IMG/VR virus record: IMGVR_UViG_3300021976_000010
Coordinates: 1-64,000 of that record
Source of the DNA: a virus
Direction: 5' to 3' (one strand)
DNA: 64,000 bases
Under the pieces are notes generated by a model. The model worked only from the letters and a program-made list of their open reading frames with translations. It ran no database searches and had not been told where the DNA came from. Of the stretch, positions 37,418-47,368 are shown in pieces (the first letter of the stretch is position 1; every line of letters begins with the position of its first letter). The position numbers and the translations under genes were made by a program.

Positions 37418-37683
37418 TATGGATGGACAAGATCCTCAAGAAACTCGGCTTCATGCCCAAGTTCACCGAGGATGACATAATCAACGCGTCGACAGAGGAC
37501 GCGGCCCGTGTGCACGAGACGGCGGTGAGCCGGCTGCACGAGGCAACGCAGCGACGGATGAAGGGCAATGATGCCCTCCGTCAATCTTTGATAATCGCGA
37601 AGATTCGGACAAATTCGTTCGAAGACTTTGAGCGGCAGGTGCAGCAGAGGGAACCAAAACGAAATGTACGACGCAGTGACTAA
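37414..37683 (+). CDS. hypothetical protein
   Basis: Coupled ORF. Confidence 0.55.
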   Translation: MIWMDKILKKLGFMPKFTEDDIINASTEDAARVHETAVSRLHEATQRRMKGNDALRQSLIIAKIRTNSFEDFERQVQQREPKRNVRRSD

Positions 37684-38107
37684 CAATCTACTCATACGAG
37701 AATGGTTGAATGGTTCGCTGTTTCCGTTGTGTGGAAATCTGGCATTCATCATTCTTGTGTTTTTGGTGCACAGTTTCCGCTATCGAGATCAGAGATCGTG
37801 GTGGAAAATGCCGGGTGTTCCGACGGGGTGTGCTCTGTTCTGGGTCTTCGCAATGGAGACAGTCCGGGCGGGCTGGATCTGGTGGATACTCCGCGAGACC
37901 AATGACGGCAATCAGGTCGCACAGTGGGTTCGCGAGTTCTCCAACTATTCATTCGTCGCTGCGGCGACGGTGCTGGCCGCGACGATCTTGCGGTGCACCT
38001 ATCTCTGGTCGCCGCCCAAGTGGCAGCGCGGTTTCTGGATCTACTCTGCCGCGTCTACGATCATCTTTCTTTTCATCTCGCACTACTCACCTCAGACAGG
38101 AAACTAA
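37664..38107 (+). CDS. four-TM membrane protein (holin candidate)
   Basis: Four hydrophobic segments. Confidence 0.6.
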   Translation: MYDAVTNNLLIREWLNGSLFPLCGNLAFIILVFLVHSFRYRDQRSWWKMPGVPTGCALFWVFAMETVRAGWIWWILRETNDGNQVAQWVREFSNYSFVAAATVLAATILRCTYLWSPPKWQRGFWIYSAASTIIFLFISHYSPQTGN

Positions 38108-38110
38108 AAG

Positions 38111-38521
38111 ATGGCTTCTGATCTCTCTGCCTACTTCGGCAACAAAATCACACGGTGGTTGAACGGCAATGCCATGCCGACCGCCCCGACAAACCTCTAC
38201 ATCGCGTTGTTCAACGGCAACCCAAAGACGTCTGGGGTAGAAGTTGGAGGCACGGTCAATTCTGGTTCGCCACGTATCGAGGTCACGTTTGCTGACGTGG
38301 CCTTGGGTGCCGCGCATCTGCTGACGTCGGACATTGCTGTCGACTTCGGCAACGCCGAGGCAGCTGCGACGTTCTCCCACATCGCGCTGATGGACGATGA
38401 TACGGCGGGGAATCTACTGGCCTCGAAGCCGACGTCGGGCGGCCCCGTCAGCGTGCTCATCAACTCGCTCGTGAAGTTTCAGGCGGGCGGTATCACGTTC
38501 AACGTGGGCTCCGACGCCTAG
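38111..38521 (+). CDS. virion structural/tail-fibre-associated protein
   Basis: S.Y..N........PT..Y.ALF..P..G.EV...R...F, H..L.D...GN.L. Confidence 0.7.
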   Translation: MASDLSAYFGNKITRWLNGNAMPTAPTNLYIALFNGNPKTSGVEVGGTVNSGSPRIEVTFADVALGAAHLLTSDIAVDFGNAEAAATFSHIALMDDDTAGNLLASKPTSGGPVSVLINSLVKFQAGGITFNVGSDA

Positions 38522-38619
38522 CGCGCTCACCGGCGCGCGGCGGGCAGGCGCGCACCCGCACGCGTAGCGCCCGCGCGTGCGCGAGGGCTGGGGGCGGCCT
38601 GCCAGCCCGGGGCACCTTG

Positions 38620-38817
38620 CCCCGGGGCCGCCCGGGCGGGCTAGGGGCGGGGCTGGCAGGGCCGCCAGAGCCCGTTTCCGGGGCGCGTGGTGCGCGCAAT
38701 TGGCCCGGGGGCTGGCCTAGTACCGGGCATTCCCAGCACTGAATCCCTTGCCAGCCTAATGTGATCCTAGAAGGGTGCGGCAAACCGCCACACTTGGCCG
38801 CCCGGGGCCGCCCGGGC
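38620..38817. repeat. GCCGCCCGGG repeat family copies in the convergent intergenic region
   Basis: CCCCGGGGCCGCCCGGGC (38620-38637) and GCCGCCCGGGGCCGCCCGGGC (38797-38817). Confidence 0.65.
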
Positions 38818-38828
38818 GCAACCTAACG

Positions 38829-40349
38829 TTATATCCAAGCCCGCATACGCTCACCCGTTACCTGCGTCGCCAAGTCATACTTATTGCGCAGGGCCGTCAC
38901 GAAACGATAGTCGATAGTTCCCTCTGTCATCAGGTCCATGTACGTGACTCGATGAAGCTGCCCCTTGCGATGAGTGCGGTCCTCAGATTGTTGCCGCTGC
39001 TCCAAGTCGTAAGTGTTTGAGTCGTAGATGTTGAGGTTCGCGTTGACCCAAGTGTTGCCACGCATGCCCGCACCCTGCGACGCTATCATTATCACGCACT
39101 CGGGATCACCGAGGAACCGCGCCTCTTCCAGATGGCGCGTCGACCGATTCTGGCCGTAGAATTTTGCTACCGCCTTCGGTCCATACTCCTTCTTCAACTT
39201 CTTTTCCAGCATCTCTATCCGGTGAATGAACGGGCTCCAGATAATCACCTTGCCCGTGTGCTCGTCGATGATATTGATGATCTCCTGCGTGCGGTTCTCC
39301 GGCAGGTCACGTATGACGCCCTCGTCGTCCATGACGTAGCCCAGATTGATCTGATGCAGTCGTATCATCATCTGGAGCATCATGTCAACGGAGACGTAGT
39401 GACCGCGCGCAATCTCTGTCGTCGCATTCTCCTTCAGCTCCTTGTACGCCCGAGCCTGCTCCTTGGTGTGCTGCACGTCGCGCGTCATGAACATCTTCGG
39501 CTCGAGGTCGAGGCACTCCTCCTTGAGCACGCGATAACTGTACGGCGCGATGCGCTCGTGTATCTCCTCGATGTTCTTGTAGCCGACGATCACCTCGATC
39601 TTGCGCCCGGTGCCCTCGACCTGCTCGCCGCCGTCGTCATAGTCCGCATCGACGATCATCTTCTTCGTGATGGCGTATTTCTTCTTGAAGCCGAAGAACG
39701 AGGGGCTACCTAAAATTTTCCAATCCAAAAAGTTGAATTGACCCCACGCGTCGAGTGGTGATCGAGGGGTGAGCAGCCCGGTGAGAATTCGTCGGCACGC
39801 CGCGCGCTTCCCAACGTTGGTGATGTAGCGCCCGCGCAGACTGTCGCCGTTCTTGATCGTGGTGCTCTCGTCGACAGCCATGTAGACGTCGCCGCTCTCG
39901 AGATACGCCTCCACTAGGTCCTGCGCCTTCTCGACGGTGGACAGTGCCTCGACATTGACGAACAGCGCCCGGGGCCTGTCGCGTACGCGCAGGAACTCCG
40001 AGAGGCTGTCGCGGTGCGCAACACCCGCACCGCTTCGCCAGTGATTGACGAGCATGCGCTCGCGCAGCTCGTCGGGCAGGTGCACGTCCAGCTCCGAGTT
40101 TGCCAGTCCATTCTTGCCCGCGAACCAGTTACGATACGAGCCGGCAGGCGCTATCACCAGCAGATTTGGCAGCTCGGCATTCACAGCCCCCGCTCCCCAC
40201 TCATCCAGAACGACCTTCGACTTGCCGGTGCCCATGTCCATGAGATACGCGAAGTTGTCGTCTCGTGACGGCTTCGATGGTGCGTTGTACGCCGCGAGTC
40301 GAGCCTTCACCTGATGTGCCATCGGCACGGTCTTGGGAACGTAGAGCAT
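38829..40349 (-). CDS. SNF2-family (SF2) helicase
   Basis: DMGTGKS, VDES, LTG.....PLD.W.QF.FL, QSEDR.HR.GQ. Confidence 0.92.
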   Translation of the reverse strand: MLYVPKTVPMAHQVKARLAAYNAPSKPSRDDNFAYLMDMGTGKSKVVLDEWGAGAVNAELPNLLVIAPAGSYRNWFAGKNGLANSELDVHLPDELRERMLVNHWRSGAGVAHRDSLSEFLRVRDRPRALFVNVEALSTVEKAQDLVEAYLESGDVYMAVDESTTIKNGDSLRGRYITNVGKRAACRRILTGLLTPRSPLDAWGQFNFLDWKILGSPSFFGFKKKYAITKKMIVDADYDDGGEQVEGTGRKIEVIVGYKNIEEIHERIAPYSYRVLKEECLDLEPKMFMTRDVQHTKEQARAYKELKENATTEIARGHYVSVDMMLQMMIRLHQINLGYVMDDEGVIRDLPENRTQEIINIIDEHTGKVIIWSPFIHRIEMLEKKLKKEYGPKAVAKFYGQNRSTRHLEEARFLGDPECVIMIASQGAGMRGNTWVNANLNIYDSNTYDLEQRQQSEDRTHRKGQLHRVTYMDLMTEGTIDYRFVTALRNKYDLATQVTGERMRAWI

Positions 40350-40384
40350 TTGAAACTCGCAGTGAGCGGGGGGACTGGCTGCAC

Positions 40385-40413
40385 AGCATGCCAGCCTTCC
40401 GGGGCCAGAACAA
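40385..40413 (-). promoter_or_regulatory. sigma70-like promoter for the SNF2 gene
   Basis: TTGTTC-TGG..N17-CATGCT on the minus strand; same family as 40533, 40703 and 55373. Confidence 0.55.
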
Positions 40414-40457
40414 GGGTAGCGGTTTGAAAACCCCTAACGCGGGCGCGCGCCCTCTAT

Positions 40458-40495
40458 GCGCGTGTGCAACGTACACGGATACGCACCGACGAGCG
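40458..40495 (+). repeat. 38-bp element, copy 2 (divergent promoter region)
   Basis: 34/38 identical to 6407-6444. Confidence 0.85.
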
Positions 40496-40532
40496 CGCGT
40501 ATAGGCCCCCGTTGTTCTGTTTTGCTGGGGGC

Positions 40533-40561
40533 TTGTTCTGGCGCGCGGTGCGTGGCACATT
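40533..40561 (+). promoter_or_regulatory. sigma70-like promoter
   Basis: TTGTTC-TGGCGCGCGGTGCGTGG-CACATT. Confidence 0.45.
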
Positions 40562-40677
40562 GGTTTCGCGGCATTGGGTTGAGCGCCAATGTGGTAGCGA
40601 GCAGGGGTCGCACGGCATGTTTCCACAGGTGCCGCTGCGGCCCCTGTTTTATTGGGCCGCCCGCACCGCTGCGTCTG

Positions 40678-40731
40678 TTATGCACAGGGCAAACACTCCA
40701 GGTTTTTCTGGTGCGTGTCTTGTGGCATACT
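40678..40731 (+). promoter_or_regulatory. DnaA-box-like site plus sigma70-like promoter of the replication operon
   Basis: TTATGCACA (40678-40686) then TTTTTC-N17-CATACT (40703-40731). Confidence 0.55.
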
Positions 40732-40777
40732 ATGCGCCCGGTTTGCATTGGCACCCGGCGCTCACTGTGGAGATCAA

Positions 40778-41434
40778 ATGGCAAAGGCAGGCGAAGACGT
40801 ACTCGCGTTGATGCGCGCGAGCGCTACGAAACCGGCATCAGCTGACAAACTCGACAAGCTCCGTATCAAGATAGCCGAGCTGCGCGAAATTGAGGTGGAG
40901 CGCGTGTCGCTCGCCGAGCGGAGTGCGGAGTTAGGCAAGCGTGTCTTCGAGATTCAGACCAAGGAGCTGGTCGATCTGTTCGACGCGGCGAAGGTCGATA
41001 ACGTCGGCATCCCAGAGGAGGGCAACCTGCCCGCCTACAACATGGAGGTCGGCTGGAACTACAAGGCGAACATCGGCACGCCAGCCGATCCAAAGGTGGA
41101 TGACTTCAACAAGGCCATCGCCTACATAAAGAAACACGAACCGGACATGGTGAAGACCACGTATGTCATCGAGTTCGGTCTTGGTGAGGAGGACAAGCGC
41201 AAGAAGTTTGAAGACCTGCTCAAGAAGCAGAAATACGAGTACTCGTCAAGTTTCGGCGTGCCGTGGAACACCCTCACGGCATGGGTGAGAGAGCAGATTG
41301 AGGTTCACAAGAAATCACCGCCCCTCAAGCTGCTCGGTGCGACGGTCGAGCGTACAGCGCGACTGATCAAGCCAAAGGCCACTAGGGCCAAGAAGGCGGT
41401 TTCAGACGCAAGATCAACCCCGAAGAAAGGCTAG
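40778..41434 (+). CDS. conserved replication-module protein
   Basis: GGAG RBS; D.VK......FG.GE, V.W.TL.AWVREQ.E pattern, typically found upstream of SSB in YuA-like phages. Confidence 0.7.
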   Translation: MAKAGEDVLALMRASATKPASADKLDKLRIKIAELREIEVERVSLAERSAELGKRVFEIQTKELVDLFDAAKVDNVGIPEEGNLPAYNMEVGWNYKANIGTPADPKVDDFNKAIAYIKKHEPDMVKTTYVIEFGLGEEDKRKKFEDLLKKQKYEYSSSFGVPWNTLTAWVREQIEVHKKSPPLKLLGATVERTARLIKPKATRAKKAVSDARSTPKKG

Positions 41435-41438
41435 TAAG

Positions 41439-42332
41439 ATGGCGAAGGCAAGTGTGCAGACAGGCAAGAAGACCGCAGCTCCACCGCCGAAAGGCAAGGC
41501 GGTAGCCGTGGCGGACAAGAAGAAAGCGGGCGCTGTCACCGAGGCCGCCAGCGACGACGTTCTTGCTCTTATGCGGAAGAACGCTGGCAAGGGTGTTTCG
41601 ACGGCGATGGAAGACAACGTCGTACCGCTCGTATACATCTTGCAGGCTCTGTCGCCGCAGGTGCAGCGGAAAAAGGAGGAGTACATCGACGGCGCCGAAG
41701 CGGGCATGATCTGGTTCCGCGGCACCAAAGACGTGGTCGCCGGCGAGGAAGGCATTCCGGTGGTCCTGTGCCACTGGAACAAGTGCTGGATCGAGTGGCT
41801 CCCTGATCGCGGTGGTTATGTTGGCCGTCATGCCGAGCGTCCCGAGGCCGCAACGCTGGTCACTGACGCGCAGAACCCGAAGAAAAAGTTCTGGCGCATG
41901 CCCAACGGCAACACCGTCGTCGAGACACGCGAGCACGTTGTTCTCGTTCTCGATGTCTTCGATCGACCAACTCCGTTCGTCATCCCGATGAGCGGCAGCA
42001 ACCATCAGTCGTCCAAGGAGTGGATGACTGCGGCCAATCGCAAGATCATCCCGGGCACGGACCTCAAGGCACCGCTGTACGGCTACATCTACCGCATGAA
42101 GCTGAAGTTCCGCACCAATGATCAAGGTGACTGGTTCATGTGGGACATCCAGGACGAGAACGGTGAACCCACTATCCTCACCGATTTCGCCACCATGCAG
42201 CTCGCCAATCAGATGTCGGATGACTTCGAGAAGGGCGCGTTGCGGGCGGACAACATGACGAGCGATCAGGTTGACGACACCGCGAACGCTGGCGGTGGAA
42301 AGGGCGGCGCGAAGGCGAAAGAGCACATCTAG
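41439..42332 (+). CDS. single-stranded DNA-binding/annealing protein
   Basis: P...ILQ.LSPQV....YI.GA..G, EW.P.RGG, N..G.W..W; acidic tail. Confidence 0.7.
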   Translation: MAKASVQTGKKTAAPPPKGKAVAVADKKKAGAVTEAASDDVLALMRKNAGKGVSTAMEDNVVPLVYILQALSPQVQRKKEEYIDGAEAGMIWFRGTKDVVAGEEGIPVVLCHWNKCWIEWLPDRGGYVGRHAERPEAATLVTDAQNPKKKFWRMPNGNTVVETREHVVLVLDVFDRPTPFVIPMSGSNHQSSKEWMTAANRKIIPGTDLKAPLYGYIYRMKLKFRTNDQGDWFMWDIQDENGEPTILTDFATMQLANQMSDDFEKGALRADNMTSDQVDDTANAGGGKGGAKAKEHI

Positions 42333-42351
42333 GCACTTTCGCTCGCTCCAC

Positions 42352-42386
42352 GGGGCCGCTGTAACAGGCGGCCCCTCCTCTTTCTC
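42352..42386 (+). terminator. hairpin terminator after the SSB gene
   Basis: GGGGCCGCT-GTAACA-GGCGGCCCC followed by a pyrimidine run. Confidence 0.55.
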
Positions 42387-42394
42387 ACTGTGGA

Positions 42395-44023
42395 ATGCCA
42401 ATGACACCGCTTAAACGACTAATGGCGCTGTTCGAGGGCAACGATACTCACTACGGGACGCATGGCCAGCCGAGTCGCGATCCGACAGGCGAGTCTCTCA
42501 AGTGGGTCATCAAGCCGACAGCCAAGACCCTCAAGGGGCCGACGACGGAGTCAATGTGGACGGCACATATCGAGGGAAAGAAACCGCTCGGCGTGGTGCC
42601 AATTCGCACTGACGACACCACCATATGGGGCAGCATTGACTACGACGTCTATGGGCAGGACCTCACCGATCTCATCAAGAAGGTGGAGGCCGCAAAGTTT
42701 CCGCTCGTGCCCGGGCGCTCGAAGTCCGGCGGCCTGCATCTGTTCTGCTTCACGACCGAGCCGGTGCCAGCCAAGCAGATGCAGGAGGTTCTTCGCGATC
42801 TGGCCGCCGCGCTGGGCATTGCGGGCAGCGAGATATTCCCGAAGCAGAGCACGCTGCTCACCGATCGAGGCGATCAGGGCTCGTGGATGATCATGCCGTA
42901 TTTCGGCGACACCTACGACGGCAAGCTGGAGCGACAGGTTGGTCTGCGCAAGAACGGCAGCGAGATCGGCCTTCCCGAGTTCGTGCGCATCGCGGAGAAA
43001 ATGCGCGTCTCGGCAGCTCAACTCGACGAGATCAAGATTCGCAACATCGCGGCTTCCCCCGGCTCCAAGCTCAACGGGAAGGCCAAGGGTGGCAAGAAGC
43101 GGGGGAGCGCTGATGATCCGAGCATACCGTTCGGCGACGGACCGCCGTGTCTCGTGCACCTAATCGCAGACGGCGGCATCAAGCAGGGCGGCCAGAACAA
43201 CACTCTCTTTCACATGGGCGTGTACTTCAAGAAGAAATTTCCCGAGGGATGGGAGGCTGAACTTGAGCGAGCGAACGTGCTGTACTGCAATCCTCCTCAT
43301 CCTGAGCAGGGCATGTCGTCCATCATCAAGAGCCTGCGCAAGAAGGACTACGAGTACAAGTGCAAGGACGAGCCGATGCGTTCGCACTGCGACAGCATAC
43401 TGTGTCGTCGCAAGAAGCACGGGGTTACGGGCGGCAGCGGCGCAATCATGCCGACGATAACGTCGATAAAGAAGATGAACTCTGATCCGCCGGTGTGGTT
43501 TCTGGACGTGGAGGGTGTCAAGATCGAGTGTTCGACGGATGACCTGCAAGACTGGCGTCGCTTTCAGAAGCTGCTCATCAACAACCTTCACAACCCGTTC
43601 GGAGTAATACCGCAAGCCGAGTGGCTGTTCACCATTCAGGAGGCCCTGTCGCGTATGACCGAGACGATCGAGGTCGGCGAGGACGCGGGTGCCAAGGGTG
43701 AGTTTCACGAGCTTCTCGAGACGTACCTCACCAACCGACAGCGCGGGCTCAAGGAGGAAGATCTCCTGTCTGGGCGGCCATGGGAGAATCCTGAGGACGG
43801 CAGGTATTATTTCTCGCTAGGCAGGTTGTCGCGCTTTCTCGAGCGAGAGGGGCTGAAGGGACTGAACAAGCCACAGATCGTGTCGCGTATTCACGATCTC
43901 GGCGGCAACCATGCAACGCGGGTGATAAAGAACAAGAAGCTAAATCTACACTGGATTCCGGCGAACGTGGTGCAGGCCACGCCGTCGGTTAGCACGCCGA
44001 CTCTCAATGAGCGGCCCATCTGA
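42395..44023 (+). CDS. AEP-family primase (prim-pol) with PriCT-like domain
   Basis: WG.ID.D, SKSGGLH, EIFPKQ, PPCL...G.QNN.LF. Confidence 0.85.
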   Translation: MPMTPLKRLMALFEGNDTHYGTHGQPSRDPTGESLKWVIKPTAKTLKGPTTESMWTAHIEGKKPLGVVPIRTDDTTIWGSIDYDVYGQDLTDLIKKVEAAKFPLVPGRSKSGGLHLFCFTTEPVPAKQMQEVLRDLAAALGIAGSEIFPKQSTLLTDRGDQGSWMIMPYFGDTYDGKLERQVGLRKNGSEIGLPEFVRIAEKMRVSAAQLDEIKIRNIAASPGSKLNGKAKGGKKRGSADDPSIPFGDGPPCLVHLIADGGIKQGGQNNTLFHMGVYFKKKFPEGWEAELERANVLYCNPPHPEQGMSSIIKSLRKKDYEYKCKDEPMRSHCDSILCRRKKHGVTGGSGAIMPTITSIKKMNSDPPVWFLDVEGVKIECSTDDLQDWRRFQKLLINNLHNPFGVIPQAEWLFTIQEALSRMTETIEVGEDAGAKGEFHELLETYLTNRQRGLKEEDLLSGRPWENPEDGRYYFSLGRLSRFLEREGLKGLNKPQIVSRIHDLGGNHATRVIKNKKLNLHWIPANVVQATPSVSTPTLNERPI

Positions 44024-44038
44024 GGAAAGGACTGTGGA

Positions 44039-44623
44039 ATGTCTAGAGAATATCTGGGTGACGAGGTGCACATGCTCACCTCGGACATCGCGATACTGCG
44101 CAACGAGAATGAGTTGCTCAAGATGGTCAGTGAGCGCAAAGCGGAGGAGAACCGCATTCTACGCGAAGAGCTCATGAGTCTTCGCGTCGCATATGAGGAG
44201 AGGGTCACCGAAGTCGCAGCGATCCGAACCTGCCTCGAGAGCGTCGGTCTCAATATCACGAGTACGCTCCAGCGGTACATGGAACGTCGCGCACTAAAGA
44301 AAGAGACCTTGGCCACAAACACAGAGCCACCACCCAAGGAGCGAGAGTTCAGGCACCACGCAGCGGTCACGTTCAAGGAACCAGAGCTCACCGCGCCACG
44401 CTCGCGACCGCTGGCGGACGAGGTCACGCGCACCTTACCGCCCGCCGCCCGCGTGCCCGTGGCGCGCACCGATGAACCGGTTCCGCCCGCGCCCGCATTC
44501 CTGCGCGCGGGCGGCATGCGCAACGACATTGTTGACAGTCGGCTGCCGAAAGCCGATATCGTCAGTGACGACGATGAGATGCGCAACATGCACGAGAGTC
44601 TTGATAGCAGGAGGAAGGCATGA
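44039..44623 (+). CDS. hypothetical coiled-coil protein
   Basis: RBS; heptad-rich N-terminus. Confidence 0.65.
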   Translation: MSREYLGDEVHMLTSDIAILRNENELLKMVSERKAEENRILREELMSLRVAYEERVTEVAAIRTCLESVGLNITSTLQRYMERRALKKETLATNTEPPPKEREFRHHAAVTFKEPELTAPRSRPLADEVTRTLPPAARVPVARTDEPVPPAPAFLRAGGMRNDIVDSRLPKADIVSDDDEMRNMHESLDSRRKA

Positions 44624-45069
44624 GCGAGGAGCACCGGAAGTATGTCGCCGGTTTCCTGTTTCTCAGGGGTCGGGTCTTGCTCGTGCGCAAGACTCACCCT
44701 AAGTGGCAGGCCGGTATGATGAACGCCGTCGGCGGTGAGATCGAGGGAATCGAAAGCCCACGCGACGCGATGGTGCGTGAGTTCAATGAGGAGGCGAGGC
44801 TGCTCACCACCGACTGGTTTCAGTTCGCGTCTGAACACGGCCCGGGCTACGAGGTGCACTTCTTCAGACACGCGCTTTCAAACGACTCGTCATACAGGCC
44901 GCCGAGAGAAAATGACAAGGGTGAGGAGCTAGAGTGGTGCGACCCGAACGGTGTCAAGTATCCCGTCATCGGCAATCTGCACTGGCTCCTTCCACTGGCA
45001 GAGGATCCGCGCCCGATCCACTGCATGGTTGAAACAACGGGCGACATAAGGAAACTGGTAACATGGTAA
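44620..45069 (+). CDS. Nudix hydrolase
   Basis: Nudix box GGEIEGIESPRDAMVREFNEEA. Confidence 0.9.
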   Translation: MSEEHRKYVAGFLFLRGRVLLVRKTHPKWQAGMMNAVGGEIEGIESPRDAMVREFNEEARLLTTDWFQFASEHGPGYEVHFFRHALSNDSSYRPPRENDKGEELEWCDPNGVKYPVIGNLHWLLPLAEDPRPIHCMVETTGDIRKLVTW

Positions 45070-45524
45070 AGACGCAGGGACCGCAGGGCTGGATCGCGGT
45101 CGATTGGGACGGGACGGTCGTGGAGTACCACGGCTGGACCAAGTGGAACGAGTTCGGTCCACCTATCATACCGATGGTGGACCGTATCAAGCAGTGGCTC
45201 GCCGAGGGCAAGGACGTGCGCATTTTCACGGCGCGCGTTGGCCTGCCTCACGAGGACACCAAGGAGGAGACGTGCTTCAAGACCGGCGAGAAATTCACGA
45301 GCGTCATGATGAAGCACGCCATCGCGTCGCACTGTGAGAAGATCATCGGTCAGCGCCTGCGGGTGCAGTGCTACAAGGACCTCCACACGATCGAGATATG
45401 GGATGATCGGGCGGTCGGCGTGGTCGCGAACACCGGGCGGACGCTGGTTGAGGCGGGTATCGCCGAAGCCGTTGCGCGACACGGCAAGACGTGGCTCGCA
45501 GATGAAACCGACGGGAGAGACTGA
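45063..45524 (+). CDS. HAD-superfamily phosphatase
   Basis: IAVDWDGT, FTAR, K, WDD. Confidence 0.85.
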   Translation: MVKTQGPQGWIAVDWDGTVVEYHGWTKWNEFGPPIIPMVDRIKQWLAEGKDVRIFTARVGLPHEDTKEETCFKTGEKFTSVMMKHAIASHCEKIIGQRLRVQCYKDLHTIEIWDDRAVGVVANTGRTLVEAGIAEAVARHGKTWLADETDGRD

Positions 45525-45808
45525 TGGGCTGGAAATACATAATGATCCAGAGCAAGCACGGCGACGTGACGTACAACTGGCCAATCATCTTTCCGGACAA
45601 GATGATTCACAGCGAAGTGGCAGGTTGCGCGCGCATGATGGTGCCTGTCAAGGGTTCTGTCACGGGCATCGTGTCGGCTGGCAAGATCGAGCATCTCGAG
45701 GTCAACGGGCTGGGCGGCGACAGCGAGACACTCAGTCTTGACTCGCGGCCCGAGCAGGACAGTGCAATCATCGAGATGTACAGCTATCTGCATGGGATCG
45801 AAACATGA
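45524..45808 (+). CDS. conserved hypothetical phage protein
   Basis: KYIM...PIIFP...H..VA...SAG...G.SETL.L.SR..D. Confidence 0.7.
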   Translation: MGWKYIMIQSKHGDVTYNWPIIFPDKMIHSEVAGCARMMVPVKGSVTGIVSAGKIEHLEVNGLGGDSETLSLDSRPEQDSAIIEMYSYLHGIET

Positions 45809-47367
45809 GCTTCTACCCAGACATCATGCTCGGTCCACCGGGCACCGGCAAGACGACCACGCTCCTCAATATCCTTGATGAGGAGCTGACGAAGGGGACG
45901 AAGCCGAATCGTATCGGCTACGTCTCGTTCACGCAGCGGGCCGCCGACGAGGCACGCACGCGCGCCATGAAACGGTTCAACCTCGAGAAGGACGACCTGC
46001 CGTACTTCCAGACCATCCACAGTCTGTGCTTTCGTCAGCTCGGCCTTCGCAGCGCCATGGTGCTCGCAGGCACCAAGCTGAACGAGTTTGCGGACTGGTG
46101 CGGCATACGCGTGACCGGGCGCGCGTGGTCGAGCGACGGGACCATGTCGCAGTTCGAGGCTGGTGACCGCATACTATTCATGGAGAACCTGTCTAGGGTG
46201 CGAGGTGTCGAACTACGAACGCTCTTTAATGAGGACGACGATGAACAGTCGTGGGAAGAAGTGGACCGCGTTGCCCGGGCGCTGGCCAAGTACAAAAAGG
46301 AGCATCACCTCGTAGACTACACCGACATGCTCTCGCAGTTCGTCAGGAGCGGCATCAAGCTCAACCTCGACGTACTGCTCGTCGACGAGGCGCAGGATCT
46401 CAGCTTTCTTCAGTGGCGCGTGGTGTTCCAGCTTGCCAATGACTGTCGCCGCGTTGTCGTAGCAGGTGACGACGATCAGGCCATCTACCGCTGGGCAGGG
46501 GCTGACGTCGAGCAGTTCATCAATCTCGAGGGCAATGTGTCGGTGCTCGGGCAGTCGTGGCGCTGCCCGCCGCAAATTCAGGACGTCAGCGCGGGCGTCA
46601 TAGGTGGCGTGGTGCACAGGCGTACGAAAAAGTGGGAGCCGCGCAAGGGCAAGGGCGTGGTGGACAGGGTCGTGGACTTCGATGAAGCTGACGTCAACGA
46701 CAAGTGGCGCGAAGATTCTGCCACGTCCCCCGTTCTCGTGCTCGCGAGGAACCAGTACATTCTTCAGGAGCACGTTGAACCGCTCCTGCGCGAGCGGGGG
46801 ATTGTGTATGAGATGAACGGCAGATCGTCGATCCCGATGAAGGCGCTACAGGCGGCAGAGGCGTGGGAGTTGCTGAAGAAGGGCAAGAAGGTGTCGCTCG
46901 GTGACTGCCGGCTCATGTACGATATGATGAATCCGAAGAACAACGCGGGGCAGGCCGCTGTCAAGCACGGGTTCAAGGGTCTGCGGGGCTTCGGCGAGGA
47001 TACCGAGTTGGCTCTCAGCATGCGCGACCTGATTCAGCACGGCGGGCTTCTCGTGAACACGAAGCTGTTATGGCACGAAGCACTCGATCGCATGCCAGCC
47101 GATGATCTATCCTACATGCTGGCGGCACGGCGCAGGGGCGAGAAGCTGCGCAGTGCTCCGCGCGTGCGACTGAGCACTATTCACAGCGCCAAGGGTGCAG
47201 AGGCGGACCACGTTGTTCTCATGACCGAGATGGCGTGGCGTACTGCACGCGAGGCTGAACAGAATCCGGATGATGAACGGCGTGTTTGGTACGTCGGCGT
47301 CACGAGGGCACGGCAGCGACTCACGATCGTGAGTTCGCAAACTCAAAACGAATGTCAATGGGTGTGA
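45805..47367 (+). CDS. UvrD/Rep-like SF1 helicase
   Basis: GPPGTGKT, TIHS, DEAQD, GDDDQAIY.W.GA, STIHSAKG.E, YV..TRA. Confidence 0.93.
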   Translation: MSFYPDIMLGPPGTGKTTTLLNILDEELTKGTKPNRIGYVSFTQRAADEARTRAMKRFNLEKDDLPYFQTIHSLCFRQLGLRSAMVLAGTKLNEFADWCGIRVTGRAWSSDGTMSQFEAGDRILFMENLSRVRGVELRTLFNEDDDEQSWEEVDRVARALAKYKKEHHLVDYTDMLSQFVRSGIKLNLDVLLVDEAQDLSFLQWRVVFQLANDCRRVVVAGDDDQAIYRWAGADVEQFINLEGNVSVLGQSWRCPPQIQDVSAGVIGGVVHRRTKKWEPRKGKGVVDRVVDFDEADVNDKWREDSATSPVLVLARNQYILQEHVEPLLRERGIVYEMNGRSSIPMKALQAAEAWELLKKGKKVSLGDCRLMYDMMNPKNNAGQAAVKHGFKGLRGFGEDTELALSMRDLIQHGGLLVNTKLLWHEALDRMPADDLSYMLAARRRGEKLRSAPRVRLSTIHSAKGAEADHVVLMTEMAWRTAREAEQNPDDERRVWYVGVTRARQRLTIVSSQTQNECQWV

Positions 47368-47368
47368 T

